Of a DNA stretch of 64,000 nucleotides, positions 1 through 9,106 are shown piece after piece. The DNA lies in assembly GCA_050486505.1 (NCBI GenBank), contig JBJHDK010000004.1:2548-66547 (forward strand). The letters are read 5' to 3'. The translations under genes and the position numbers were made by a program. Each line of letters starts with the position of its first letter. Position 1 is the stretch's first letter. This DNA comes from Fibrobacteria bacterium (GTDB taxonomy: Bacteria > Fibrobacterota > Fibrobacteria > UBA11236). The notes under the pieces were generated by a model. That model had not been told where the DNA came from and ran no database searches. It saw only the letters and a list, made by a program, of their open reading frames with translations.

Positions 1-712
1 GCGCGAGACCATCGGCCGCGTCGCCGCCGGGGCCATCGCGCGCAAGCTGCTGCGCGAAGCCTGCGGCACCGAAATTCTCGCCTACGTCTCGCAGGTCGGC
101 GAAGTCGACGCGACCACCGATCCCCACTCCGCAACACTTGATGCCGTGGAAGCCTCGCTCGTGCGCTGCCCCGATGCGGAGGCATCCGCCCGCATGGAGG
201 CGGCCATCGACGCCGCCCGCAAGGCGCAAGACAGCCTGGGCGGCGTGGTGCAACTCGTGATCAAGACGCCTCCGCGCGGCGTTGGCGAGCCCGTGTTCCA
301 CCGCGTCGAAGCCGAACTCGCCCGTGCCTTCCTCTCGCTCCCGGCCACCAAGGGCTTCGAAATCGGCAGCGGCTTCGCGGGCACGCGCCTGCGCGGCAGC
401 GAGCACAACGACGCGTACGTCCGCAAGAACGACGGCATCGGCACCGAGACGAACCGCTCGGGCGGCGTGCAGGGCGGCATCACCACCGGCGAACCCATCC
501 TCTGTCGGGTCGCCTTCAAGCCCACCGCCACCGTCTCGCAGGAACAGCGCACCGTCAATCGCCGGGGCGAAGCGGCCGTGCTCAAGGCCAAGGGTCGCCA
601 CGATCCCTGCGTACTCCCCCGCGCCGTCGTCCTGGTCGAAACCATGGCCGCACTCGTGCTGGCCGATCTCTTTCTGGAGCAGAGGGCCCGGGCGGGATTG
701 TTCAAGGTTTAG
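1..712 (+). CDS. aroC: Chorismate synthase, 3' portion (5' end lies outside the window)
   Basis: The in-frame ORF 146..712 translates to characteristic chorismate synthase C-terminal motifs (GGVVQLVIKTPPRGVGEPVFHRVEAELARA..., RLRGSEHNDAY, GGVQGGITTGEPI, KPTATV). The reading frame is open back to the window edge. Confidence 0.88.
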   Translation, partial: RETIGRVAAGAIARKLLREACGTEILAYVSQVGEVDATTDPHSATLDAVEASLVRCPDAEASARMEAAIDAARKAQDSLGGVVQLVIKTPPRGVGEPVFHRVEAELARAFLSLPATKGFEIGSGFAGTRLRGSEHNDAYVRKNDGIGTETNRSGGVQGGITTGEPILCRVAFKPTATVSQEQRTVNRRGEAAVLKAKGRHDPCVLPRAVVLVETMAALVLADLFLEQRARAGLFKV

Positions 713-726
713 GGGCCTCTCCGGCA

Positions 727-1263
727 ATGTTCCGCCGACTTGTCTACGCCGCCTTCGCCGTTCTGGTCGTGGTGGTCGCCGTGGTGCTTTTCTCCCTGCC
801 CGAGAAGGATCCGCCTGACGATCCCGAGCTCACCTTCGGCGACGGCATCACCCGCATCGAAGGGTTGCCAGGTCACCCCGGCATCGGGGCCGCGATCGGA
901 GAAGAGCGCCGCCTCGACCCCGGAACCCGCGATCGACTGGTCGAGGCCTTGTCACGGTCTCCCGGCCACGCGGTCAATCTTGGGATGGTCGCGGGAGATG
1001 CCGCGTCGCTGCGGCTCGTCGGTGACTTCAAGCTCGCGCTCGATGCCGCGGAATGGACCACGCTTCTTCTCATCGACATCGGGTTCTCGATCCCGGTGCG
1101 CGGCTACGCCTTGATGCTTTCGGAGAATCCCGATGCGGAAGAGTCGGCCGCGGCGAAAGCCCTCGAGGCGGCCTTCGCCGTCGCCGGACTCAGGATCGAG
1201 CGGCATACCGACCCCAACAAGCCGGTTCCTGGCGTGATCCTGTTGATCGGCGACACGCCGTAA
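727..1263 (+). CDS. Hypothetical protein with N-terminal transmembrane anchor
   Basis: 178-aa ORF with a hydrophobic N-terminus (AAFAVLVVVVAVVLFSL) and GC3-rich codon usage. It sits 15 nt downstream of aroC. No family was recognised. Confidence 0.45.
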   Translation: MFRRLVYAAFAVLVVVVAVVLFSLPEKDPPDDPELTFGDGITRIEGLPGHPGIGAAIGEERRLDPGTRDRLVEALSRSPGHAVNLGMVAGDAASLRLVGDFKLALDAAEWTTLLLIDIGFSIPVRGYALMLSENPDAEESAAAKALEAAFAVAGLRIERHTDPNKPVPGVILLIGDTP

Positions 1264-1314
1264 CGGGACAACACTTCGATACGATCGCCGGGCTCAACGC
1301 GCTTGACGCAACCC

Positions 1315-1349
1315 CGGCCGTAACGGCCGTACAAAAAGCGACCGTCGCT
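1315..1349 (-). terminator. Putative intrinsic terminator downstream of nuoN (end of the nuoJKLMN unit)
   Basis: Read on the minus strand: hairpin AGCGACGGTCGCT (1337-1349, overlapping the nuoN TAG stop) followed by a T-run (plus-strand A-run 1333-1337). A second hairpin CGGCCGT-A-ACGGCCG lies at 1315-1329. Confidence 0.4.
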
Positions 1350-2796
1350 ACGGCAACACGGGAAGACGCAGCATCACGCCCAGCGCCAAGGTCGCGACGG
1401 CGCAGAACGCCAGGACCGACACGGCTTCGGGATGCAGGGCGCGGGGCTCCGCCGAGGGGTGCGGGGCATCGGCAGGAGGGTTCACGAACCACATGGCCCG
1501 GACCATTCCGAAGTAGAAGAAGAACGAGATCAGGCTGAGCACCACCGAGACGAACAACACCGGAAGAAACCACGGCATCGGCTCGAAGCCGGGGGTGAAC
1601 GCCCCGGTGATCACCGCGAACTTGGCCGCGAACCCTGCCGTCAGGGGAACCCCCGCGAGCCCGAAAATCATCCAGGTCAGGAGCGCTGCCACCCACGGGT
1701 TGCGCCGTCCGAGGCCATCGAAGTCGCTGACGGAAGACAGGTCCGCGCCCTTCGTTCCCAGCGCCATGAACCCGGCAATCACGCCGAGCGTGGTCAGGGA
1801 GTACGCGACGAGGTAGAAGAGGAAGGCGCTCGCGGAATCGAGGAACAGCGCCAGCAGCACGAAGCCCCCGTTGCCGACGGAGGAGTAGGCGAGGATGCGC
1901 TTGGCATCCGTCTGCACGATGGTCTGGATGTTTCCGAAAAGTGCGGACGCCAGTGCGACGACCAGAACGACGGGCATCCAGACCTCGCTCAGGTACATGA
2001 ACGGGCCCCAGAGCAAGACGGCCACGGCGGCGAAGAGGGCCACCTTGGCCGGAACGGAGATGAAGGAGAGGGACGCGAGGTTGGTTCCCTGGTAAATATC
2101 CGAGATCCAGAAGTGGAACGGGGCCGCGGCGATCTTGAACATCAGCGCCGCCAGCACGAGCGCCAGCGCCATCTTGGCAAGGATCAACTCCGCGACCGCC
2201 CCCTCAAGCACGAAGCCGCCGATGGCATCGCGCATTCCGGCAAGGTGCAGTTCCCCGGTAACGCCGTACAGGAAGGCGATGCCCAGAAGCAGGAACACGC
2301 TGGCGAACGCGCCGAGGATCAAGTACTTCATCCCGGCTTCGTTGCCGCGCGTGTCACGGAAGTTGAAGCCTGCAAGAACATAGGAGGGAATCGAGACGAG
2401 CTCGAAGGCGATGAACAGGGTCGCGACATCGCCCGCCAAGGGAAGGTGGACGAGGCCGAATGCTTGCGCCAGGGCGACCATGCGGAAATCGATGGAACGC
2501 ACGCGAATTTTCTCGAGATACCCGTTCGCGAGGACAAGGGCGCCCAAGGCAAGGACGAGCGCGGAAACGGCCAGAACCTTGCCGACCACGGTCACCCGGA
2601 TGGCGCCGCCGAAGAACTCGTCACCCGGGTGCAGGTGCATGCCGGTGATCAGGGCCGTCAAGCCAACCGCCGCCAGTGAGATCCAGAGCGAAAGGCGGCG
2701 CGTGGCCGGGCTTCCCTCGGGACGCACGGACGCCAAGATCAGCAGCAGGCAGAATCCGGCGGCGAGTGGGAGTTGCGAATAGAGGTATGCGTTCAT
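1348..2796 (-). CDS. nuoN: NADH-quinone oxidoreductase subunit N
   Basis: 482-aa polytopic membrane protein. The sequence is typical of NuoN/ND2 antiporter-like subunits (…FHFWISDIYQGT…). It is the last gene of the nuoJKLMN block. Confidence 0.93.
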   Translation of the reverse strand: MNAYLYSQLPLAAGFCLLLILASVRPEGSPATRRLSLWISLAAVGLTALITGMHLHPGDEFFGGAIRVTVVGKVLAVSALVLALGALVLANGYLEKIRVRSIDFRMVALAQAFGLVHLPLAGDVATLFIAFELVSIPSYVLAGFNFRDTRGNEAGMKYLILGAFASVFLLLGIAFLYGVTGELHLAGMRDAIGGFVLEGAVAELILAKMALALVLAALMFKIAAAPFHFWISDIYQGTNLASLSFISVPAKVALFAAVAVLLWGPFMYLSEVWMPVVLVVALASALFGNIQTIVQTDAKRILAYSSVGNGGFVLLALFLDSASAFLFYLVAYSLTTLGVIAGFMALGTKGADLSSVSDFDGLGRRNPWVAALLTWMIFGLAGVPLTAGFAAKFAVITGAFTPGFEPMPWFLPVLFVSVVLSLISFFFYFGMVRAMWFVNPPADAPHPSAEPRALHPEAVSVLAFCAVATLALGVMLRLPVLP

Positions 2797-2820
2797 GGCG
2801 ATGCGTTCTTCCCGTGGCGG

Positions 2821-4347
2821 CTATCCGGGCCACCCCACGGAATGAATGAAGGACACGGCTTTCTCCACCGGCCCCAAAAGCAGCATGGGATAGATCCCGA
2901 GCACCACCCACAGGGCGGCCATACCGAGCGCGACCCCCGTCTCGGAACGATCGAGGTCGGGAGCGGCCTCCACCCCGGGCTGCCGGGTCCGTGCCTCTCC
3001 CAGAAACACCTGATGAAAGGCGCGCACCATGGCCGCGGCAGCGAGCACTGCGCCCAGTCCGGCGAAGAATGCAAACCACGGGGAGGCATTGAAGGCGGCG
3101 AAGAAAATCAGCACCTCGCCGGGGAAGTTGTTCAACCCGGGAAGGCTGGCCGAGGCGAAGGCCGCCAGCAACAGGAATGCGAACAGACGGCCTTGCGATG
3201 CGCGCAAGCCGGCCAGCAACCCGCGGTCGGGACTGGCGCCGTCGCGCAAGATGCGCGCGTCGAGCGCGAAGAGGAGCACCATGATCAGGGCGTGATTGAA
3301 TGCGAGCAGAATGGCGCCGGAGAGACCCGAGGTCGCGGCGTCACCCGCCGACACCGACACGAACACACCGAGCGCGATCAGCGAAAGATGGGACAGCGAT
3401 CCGTAGGCAAGCAGGTCGATGAAACGGTTCTGCGACAGCATCAGCACGCCCCCATAAACCGCGCCCGCCACGGCGAGGATTTGCAGGGGGGTCGCGAACC
3501 GCGTCAGCTCTTCCGTGAAGGCGGGGGCGAGGATGAGGATGAGGCCGAAGGCGCCCATTTTCGACATCGCCGCGGAGAGCAGGGCTCGGCATGCCGCTGG
3601 AGCGACGTTGTAGGTGTCGCGCAACCAGCCGTGGAAGCCGAAGAGCGGCAGCTTGACCGCGAAGCCGAGAAAGAAGCCGAGAAACACCCAGGCGCGTGTC
3701 GTGTCGCCAAGGCGCGAGACGGTGGCGGCAAGCCCCTGCAGTCCGGGATCGCGGAAACTCTCGACGCACACCGCGCCGATGGCGAAGAGCATGGGAAGGC
3801 TTCCCGCGAGCGTGAACAGGACGAAGCGCAACAACACGGGGTAGACGGCGTTGCCGCGCACGTCGGGGCGGCCGTGCAGGCCGATCCAGAAGTAAACGGC
3901 CAGCAGGGAGGTTTCCCAGAAGACGAAGAACAGGAGCAGGGAGTCGACGAGGAAGACCCCCGCGAGGCTGAACGCCAGCGTCCACGCGGCGGCGTAGTAG
4001 GACTTCCCGTAACGGCTCTCACGGTCGCGCAGGAAAGTGAACACGACGGGCAGGCAGAGCCCGAGCAGCAGCAGGAACGGGGCCGTGCGCCCGTCAAGGA
4101 ACAGGCGGGGCTGGAATTCGAATCCCGACGTGCCGAGCTGGAACGCCGCGCCGCCTGATACCAGCGGGGCCGAAGCCGACAACGCCGCGCTCCCGGCCAG
4201 CACGGCGAGACCGGCGTAGACCCACGCGAACGCCAGCGACATGCGGGCGAACTTTTCCGGGCGCGCGCCCGCTGGCTGGAAGGCGAAGAGCAACGCAGCC
4301 AGCAGCGGCGTGAACAGGGCGGTCGACAACAGCATCGCGGATGTCAT
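2821..4347 (-). CDS. nuoM: NADH-quinone oxidoreductase subunit M
   Basis: 508-aa antiporter-like subunit (…GFHGWLRDTY…, NuoM/ND4 family), immediately upstream of nuoN. Confidence 0.93.
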   Translation of the reverse strand: MTSAMLLSTALFTPLLAALLFAFQPAGARPEKFARMSLAFAWVYAGLAVLAGSAALSASAPLVSGGAAFQLGTSGFEFQPRLFLDGRTAPFLLLLGLCLPVVFTFLRDRESRYGKSYYAAAWTLAFSLAGVFLVDSLLLFFVFWETSLLAVYFWIGLHGRPDVRGNAVYPVLLRFVLFTLAGSLPMLFAIGAVCVESFRDPGLQGLAATVSRLGDTTRAWVFLGFFLGFAVKLPLFGFHGWLRDTYNVAPAACRALLSAAMSKMGAFGLILILAPAFTEELTRFATPLQILAVAGAVYGGVLMLSQNRFIDLLAYGSLSHLSLIALGVFVSVSAGDAATSGLSGAILLAFNHALIMVLLFALDARILRDGASPDRGLLAGLRASQGRLFAFLLLAAFASASLPGLNNFPGEVLIFFAAFNASPWFAFFAGLGAVLAAAAMVRAFHQVFLGEARTRQPGVEAAPDLDRSETGVALGMAALWVVLGIYPMLLLGPVEKAVSFIHSVGWPG

Positions 4348-6251
4348 TCCATCCCCCAGAGGATGACCCAGGCCGTGAAGGCGAGGAAGAGGAGGCCGAG
4401 CGCGGCGTAGTGGTGCGCGCGACCGCTTTGCAGGCGGCGCACCCAGACGGACAGCAACGTGCCGAAGCGGCCCGTGACCGTCAAGATGCCGGTGAATACG
4501 CTCTCGAACCCGATCCGGAAAAGAAGGGACAGGCGCTGCAGCGGACGCGTCAGCGCGTATTCATACAGCTCGTCGAAGTAGAAGGTGTGGGTGAGCGGCC
4601 CCTTGTTTCCCAGGCGAAGGTGAGACAAGGCCGACAGCACGCGCTCACGTCGCGCAGGCACCGAGAAGACCATGAAGCAGGCGACGGCCAGCGAAATGTT
4701 CACCGCCAGCACCGGCAGCACGTGACCCCAATGCATCGCTTCATGAACAGCCGCGCCCGCCGAAACCCAGGCGGTCAGCAGGGCCGTCGAGCTGAAGAGC
4801 GCGAAGCCCACCGCCGCAACGGAGAGCACGAGCAACACGAAGCGAATGGCCGGGCTGCTCTCGTGGGGAACCTCATGCCCGGCATGCTGGGCATCGGCAG
4901 GCGCGGACAGATATCCGAGCAGGCGGAAGAAGTACAGCGCGGCGAGCGACTCGACAGCGAGCACGATCCAGTACACCACCGCTCCCGAGATCTCCCAGCC
5001 GAAACCCGCGAGCGTCGCGCCGCGGATCGATTCGAGCACGGCTTCCTTGGTGAAGAAGGCGGCGGAGAAATACGGAATGAAGCCGGCACCGCCGATGCAA
5101 CCGATCCACAGGGCCGCGCGCGTCACGGGCATGGTCTTGAGCACGCCGCCCAGCTTGCGGGCATCCTGCTCATGATGCGCGGAGAAGATGACGCTGCCGG
5201 CCCCGAGGAAGAGCAGTGCCTTGAAGAAGGCGTGGCCGAAGAGGTGCAGCAGCGCGGCGTGGGTCGAACCGGCGGCCAGCGCCAGGAACATCATGCCCAG
5301 GTTCGCGACGGTCGAATAGGCGAGGATTTTCTTGATGTCGTACTGGCTCACCGCCATGAACGCACCCACCACCAAGGTCACCAGCGCGCACAGGCCGATG
5401 ATCATGCGAACCTCGGGGAAGGCGGCATACAGCCAATCGAGCTGCATGATCAGGTACACACCCGCCGTGACCATGGTGGCGGCGTGGATGAGCGCGCTCA
5501 CCGGCGTGGGACCGGCCATCGCGTCGGCGAGCCACACGTGGAACGGAGCCTGCGCCGACTTGGCGAAGGCGCCGCCCAGCACGAGCAAGGCTCCCAGCCC
5601 GGCCAGACCTTCGCGTCCCTCGAGCAGCGCGGGACCGTTCTCCGAAAGCGAGGAGAGGGACACCGTGCCGAACGCCGCATAGAGCGTGAACACGCCCAGA
5701 AGGAAGAACAGATCGCCGACGCGATTCACAAAGAAGGCGCGGTAGGCTGCCAGCGGCACGTTCTTCTCGCGCCAGTAATGGCCGACCAGCAGGTACGAGC
5801 ACAGGCCCACGCCTTCCCAGCCGAGGAAGATGAGCACGAGGTTGTCGGCCAGCACGAGCACCAGCATCGCCGACACGAAGAGGTTCAGGCTCGCGAAGAA
5901 ACGGGACTGTTCGACGTCGGGCCGCATGTACCCCACCGAGTACCCCGTGATCAAGGTGCCGAAGAAGGTCACCATCAGGGTCATCGTCAGGCCGGGCGAA
6001 TCGAGGCGCAAGTCCATGCCGGCACGGAAGCCTTCGGTCGCCAGCCATGCGCCCAGATCGAGCGCCACCGCATCGGGGGATCCGAGCACGCCCGACGACA
6101 AGAATCCGAGGGCGACCAGGAACGAAAGGCCAACCGAAGCCGTGGCGAGCACCCCGACCGCGTTGTAGGAAAGACGGCCGCCCCATAGGGCGATCACCAG
6201 CGACGACAGGGCCGGCAATCCGGGAAGCGCAAGCAGCAGCACCGGGTTCAT
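4344..6251 (-). CDS. nuoL: NADH-quinone oxidoreductase subunit L
   Basis: 635-aa protein with NuoL/ND5 motifs (HAATMVTAGVYL, ILAYSTV…). It overlaps nuoM by 4 nt. Confidence 0.93.
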   Translation of the reverse strand: MNPVLLLALPGLPALSSLVIALWGGRLSYNAVGVLATASVGLSFLVALGFLSSGVLGSPDAVALDLGAWLATEGFRAGMDLRLDSPGLTMTLMVTFFGTLITGYSVGYMRPDVEQSRFFASLNLFVSAMLVLVLADNLVLIFLGWEGVGLCSYLLVGHYWREKNVPLAAYRAFFVNRVGDLFFLLGVFTLYAAFGTVSLSSLSENGPALLEGREGLAGLGALLVLGGAFAKSAQAPFHVWLADAMAGPTPVSALIHAATMVTAGVYLIMQLDWLYAAFPEVRMIIGLCALVTLVVGAFMAVSQYDIKKILAYSTVANLGMMFLALAAGSTHAALLHLFGHAFFKALLFLGAGSVIFSAHHEQDARKLGGVLKTMPVTRAALWIGCIGGAGFIPYFSAAFFTKEAVLESIRGATLAGFGWEISGAVVYWIVLAVESLAALYFFRLLGYLSAPADAQHAGHEVPHESSPAIRFVLLVLSVAAVGFALFSSTALLTAWVSAGAAVHEAMHWGHVLPVLAVNISLAVACFMVFSVPARRERVLSALSHLRLGNKGPLTHTFYFDELYEYALTRPLQRLSLLFRIGFESVFTGILTVTGRFGTLLSVWVRRLQSGRAHHYAALGLLFLAFTAWVILWGME

Positions 6252-6580
6252 GCCGATTCTCCGTACGCTTCGCCCAGGCGCGCGATGCGCTCACGGGTGA
6301 TGTCGCGATAATTGCGGAACAGCACGATGATCATCGCCAGGCCGACCGCGGCCTCGACGGCGGCCACGCCGATGGACAGCATGTAGAGATAGTGTCCCGT
6401 CTCCGTGCCGCCCCACAGGAAATAGTTGAAGGAAATGAACACCAGGTTCACCCCGTTCAGCATGATCTCGACGGAGAGCAGCACGAGGATGAGGCTGCGA
6501 CGGCGCAGCACCCCGAAGGCACCGATCAGAACCAGCAGCAGCGCCACCGTCAGGCAATTCTCGAGCGTGAACAGGGTCAT
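6248..6580 (-). CDS. nuoK: NADH-quinone oxidoreductase subunit K
   Basis: 110-aa hydrophobic protein of three helices, NuoK/ND4L-like. It overlaps nuoL by 4 nt. Confidence 0.93.
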   Translation of the reverse strand: MTLFTLENCLTVALLLVLIGAFGVLRRRSLILVLLSVEIMLNGVNLVFISFNYFLWGGTETGHYLYMLSIGVAAVEAAVGLAMIIVLFRNYRDITRERIARLGEAYGESA

Positions 6581-7179
6581 GCTCCCTCCTCACGGTCACG
6601 GTCGCCGGACACCGCACCCTTCGCGGGAACATGCGCGCGACGGCGCGCGAAATTCACGGACGCGACCACCCCCACGAGGATGAGGATGCTGATCAACTCG
6701 AAGGAAATGGTCAGGGGGTTGTTCAACGGATCCACGAACAGATACTGGGCGATCGAGTGGATGCCTCCGAAGCCTTCCTTGGTCACCGGCTGCGTCTCAA
6801 GGCGCGAGGCGGCGTAGTACACCGGCGGAATCAACACCAGCCCGACCCCGGCGAGCAGGAGCAACCAGGTCACCGTCCCCTTGCGGGAGGGGCCCTCGAA
6901 GCCGGCCCCCTCGGGCACCTCGCCCTCGTGCGGGGCGGGGTTGATCATCATGATCACGAAGGTGAACAGCATGAGGATCGCGCCGGCGTAGACCAGGATT
7001 TGCAGGATGCCCGCGAACGAGGCCTGCAACATGATGTAGATGAGGCTGACGGGCAAAAAGGACAGAATGAGGAGCAAGGTCGCCCGCACCGGGTTTTTCG
7101 CGAAAACAACGCTGAGGGAGAAGCCGAGCACCGCCACCACGGCAACGGCGAACAGGGTATCGATCAGGATTGGCGGCAC
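6577..7179 (-). CDS. nuoJ: NADH-quinone oxidoreductase subunit J
   Basis: 200-aa membrane protein, NuoJ/ND6-like. It overlaps nuoK by 4 nt and is the first gene of the downstream nuo block. Confidence 0.88.
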   Translation of the reverse strand: MPPILIDTLFAVAVVAVLGFSLSVVFAKNPVRATLLLILSFLPVSLIYIMLQASFAGILQILVYAGAILMLFTFVIMMINPAPHEGEVPEGAGFEGPSRKGTVTWLLLLAGVGLVLIPPVYYAASRLETQPVTKEGFGGIHSIAQYLFVDPLNNPLTISFELISILILVGVVASVNFARRRAHVPAKGAVSGDRDREEGA

Positions 7180-7264
7180 TGATTTCCCGGCGTTGAAACG
7201 GGCCCTCGAAAGCGGGTTCCGACGGCGATTTTTGCCCGAATTGACGGGCGGTATGTAGCAAAAA

Positions 7265-7304
7265 GGGGGGGGGAAATAAAGGAAGGATTCGGGGGGATCC
7301 CCCG
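7265..7304. promoter_or_regulatory. Unusual leader upstream of nuoJ: G9 homopolymer, AT-rich patch and GGGGGATCCCCC palindrome
   Basis: Between trmL (minus strand, ends 7325) and the nuoJ start (7179), read on the plus strand as aaaaGGGGGGGGGaaataaaggaaggattcGGGGGGATCCCCCgg. Confidence 0.35.
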
Positions 7305-7324
7305 GAAGCCGCTCTTTGTCGGGG

Positions 7325-7786
7325 TCAGGAGCGCGGTCGCATCGCCTCGTACGCGGCCACGGCGACCGCGTTCGACAGGTTCAGGGACCGCCCTTCGGGA
7401 TTCCGCTTCGGAATCGTCACAAGCCGGTCGGCGTAACGGCGGTGCATTTCCCGCGGAAGCCCCGCGGTCTCGCGCCCGAAGACGAGGTACACCGGATCCG
7501 GGTACTCCGCCTCCCAAAAGGATCGCTCCGTATGCGCGGTGAAGAACCACCCCGAGGCCGCAATGCCAGGATGCTTCGCCGCGAAGCCATCCCAATCAGG
7601 GTGGATCTCGACCTGGGCCGCGAAACGGTCCCAATAGTCGATCCCTGCCCTGCGCAGGGAGGCGTCATCCAGCGAGAACCCCAACGGTTCGATCAAGTGA
7701 AGCCGCAGGTTGTTGAGAAAGCACAGCCGGATGATGTTGCCGGTGTTCGCCGGAATCTCGGGCTGGTAGAGGACGATGTGAATCAC
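7325..7786 (-). CDS. trmL: tRNA (cytidine/uridine-2'-O)-methyltransferase, SpoU/TrmL family
   Basis: 153-aa protein with MIHIVLYQPEIPANTGNIIRLC…LHLIEP…SLNLS, diagnostic of SpoU-TrmL. Confidence 0.85.
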   Translation of the reverse strand: MIHIVLYQPEIPANTGNIIRLCFLNNLRLHLIEPLGFSLDDASLRRAGIDYWDRFAAQVEIHPDWDGFAAKHPGIAASGWFFTAHTERSFWEAEYPDPVYLVFGRETAGLPREMHRRYADRLVTIPKRNPEGRSLNLSNAVAVAAYEAMRPRS

Positions 7787-8202
7787 CCCCGCAACATCCG
7801 CCCCAACGACAGGTTGCCGCCGCCGCCGATCAAAAGGGCCGTGAAGCCGATGGCGAAAAGTGCGCCCATTTCGCTGCGCCCGAAGAAGTCCGCGCCCGTG
7901 GCGACGAAGACCACCACGGCCATCGTGAAGAGGATGGGAATCGATGCCAGGCGCGTGAAGATGCCGAGCACGACAAGCGCCGCGCAGAAGACTTCGGCAA
8001 ATACGACGAGCGCGAGGCTGAGGGGAGAGCCGAGGCCGAAGGGGTCATGGAACGTGGCGGCCCGCTCGGAGAAGCTCATCAGTTTAGGGACCCCGTGCCC
8101 GAAGAGCATGAAGAAGCCCATGCCGATGCGGAGAACGAAGAGGCCCCAGCCTGCGGAGCCGGACGCGGAGGAGTCGGAGGCGAGGGTGCGGAGGAGTTTC
8201 AT
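7783..8202 (-). CDS. DoxX family membrane protein
   Basis: 139-aa protein with four predicted TM helices and a DoxX-like pattern (GLFVLRIGMGFFMLFGHGVPKL…). It overlaps trmL by 4 nt. Confidence 0.7.
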   Translation of the reverse strand: MKLLRTLASDSSASGSAGWGLFVLRIGMGFFMLFGHGVPKLMSFSERAATFHDPFGLGSPLSLALVVFAEVFCAALVVLGIFTRLASIPILFTMAVVVFVATGADFFGRSEMGALFAIGFTALLIGGGGNLSLGRMLRG

Positions 8203-8214
8203 AATGCGGTGAAT

Positions 8215-8646
8215 CTACACACTCGAAACCACCCGAAACCCTTCGCGCATCGCTGCGACGGAAAGACGTTTGTCCAGGCAGATGAAATCGAATGCCGCCG
8301 GGTACCCTTCGCAAGCAACAAGCGCGGCGGCAAGTTGAAACGCGTCTCCCGCACGAAGCTCATGCACCCTTAGCAGGCGTTGTGCCTTGATGCGCACTTC
8401 CTCGGTCGCGCCGACTTCTGCCCAATGATTGGCGATACCGTCGAGAATTTCCAGGGCCACGACACTCTGATCGATCCGCAGTTTCTGCTCCAGCCTCTCG
8501 AGCCTCGAAATCGCGGAGACGCATTCAACCTTCGTGCCCCACCAAACCGTCATCAGCGGGTCGGATTTAACGACCTCCTCAACTGCAGTGGACGCAGGTT
8601 GGTCCACAAGCAGCGGAACGATGGCGGAGCTGTCCCAGAATTTCAT
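8215..8646 (-). CDS. vapC: Type II toxin, PIN-domain ribonuclease (VapC family)
   Basis: 143-aa protein. The N-terminus MKFWDSSAIVPLLVDQ is a typical PIN start with the first acidic residue. It is translationally coupled (4-nt overlap) to the upstream antitoxin ORF. Confidence 0.72.
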   Translation of the reverse strand: MKFWDSSAIVPLLVDQPASTAVEEVVKSDPLMTVWWGTKVECVSAISRLERLEQKLRIDQSVVALEILDGIANHWAEVGATEEVRIKAQRLLRVHELRAGDAFQLAAALVACEGYPAAFDFICLDKRLSVAAMREGFRVVSSV

Positions 8647-8954
8647 CGGGATTCCTCACGCTCATCGAGAAGCGCCCTCAGGATATCGCCACCGGGAAGT
8701 GGTTTGGCCCGCGGCATCTTCATCCAGCCCAAGTCCAGCGGCTTGTCCGCCACCCGGATCACACCCGCCTTCTCGAGACGATAAAGCCGTCCCTCATCGT
8801 CGGGGCTCATTCCGGGCCGGGCGGGACGCGCGGCGGATTCAAGGCGGGCGACGGGCACGCCGCGATCGGTAATGATGACGGTTTCCCCGTTTTTCGCCAA
8901 TTCGATGTAATGGCTCAGCCGGTTCTTTGTGTCGGAGATTGTAGCCTGAATCAT
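8643..8954 (-). CDS. Type II antitoxin, Phd/YefM family
   Basis: Internal ATG at 8954 gives a 103-aa protein MIQATISDTKNRLSHYIELAKNGETVIITDRGVPVARLE…, matching the Phd/YefM fold signature. The longer 147-aa ORF N-terminus looks non-coding. It sits immediately upstream of, and overlaps, vapC. Confidence 0.68.
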   Translation of the reverse strand: MIQATISDTKNRLSHYIELAKNGETVIITDRGVPVARLESAARPARPGMSPDDEGRLYRLEKAGVIRVADKPLDLGWMKMPRAKPLPGGDILRALLDEREESR

Positions 8955-9106
8955 CTGGCCAAAATAGCCTTTTCGATACCCTGACGCAAGCGGTTTCCGG
9001 ACGAACATCACGATCCCGGCCCGGGCGCAGCCTCGACTCCCTGCACCCCAAAAGAAAAGGGCGACCTCACGGCCACCCCCCATCATTCCCCTGGCTTCGT
9101 CAACAA

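Noticed and set aside
82-705. 207-aa minus-strand ORF (and the 282..818 + ORF) overlapping aroC
   Set aside because: Antisense and off-frame ORFs are expected in 66%-GC DNA. The aroC frame has clear family motifs and these do not.
1432-4158. Long plus-strand ORFs 1432..2679 and 2773..4158 (415 and 461 aa) rich in Arg/Gly/Glu/His
   Set aside because: They are antisense to nuoN and nuoM, with low-complexity composition typical of GC-rich shadow ORFs.
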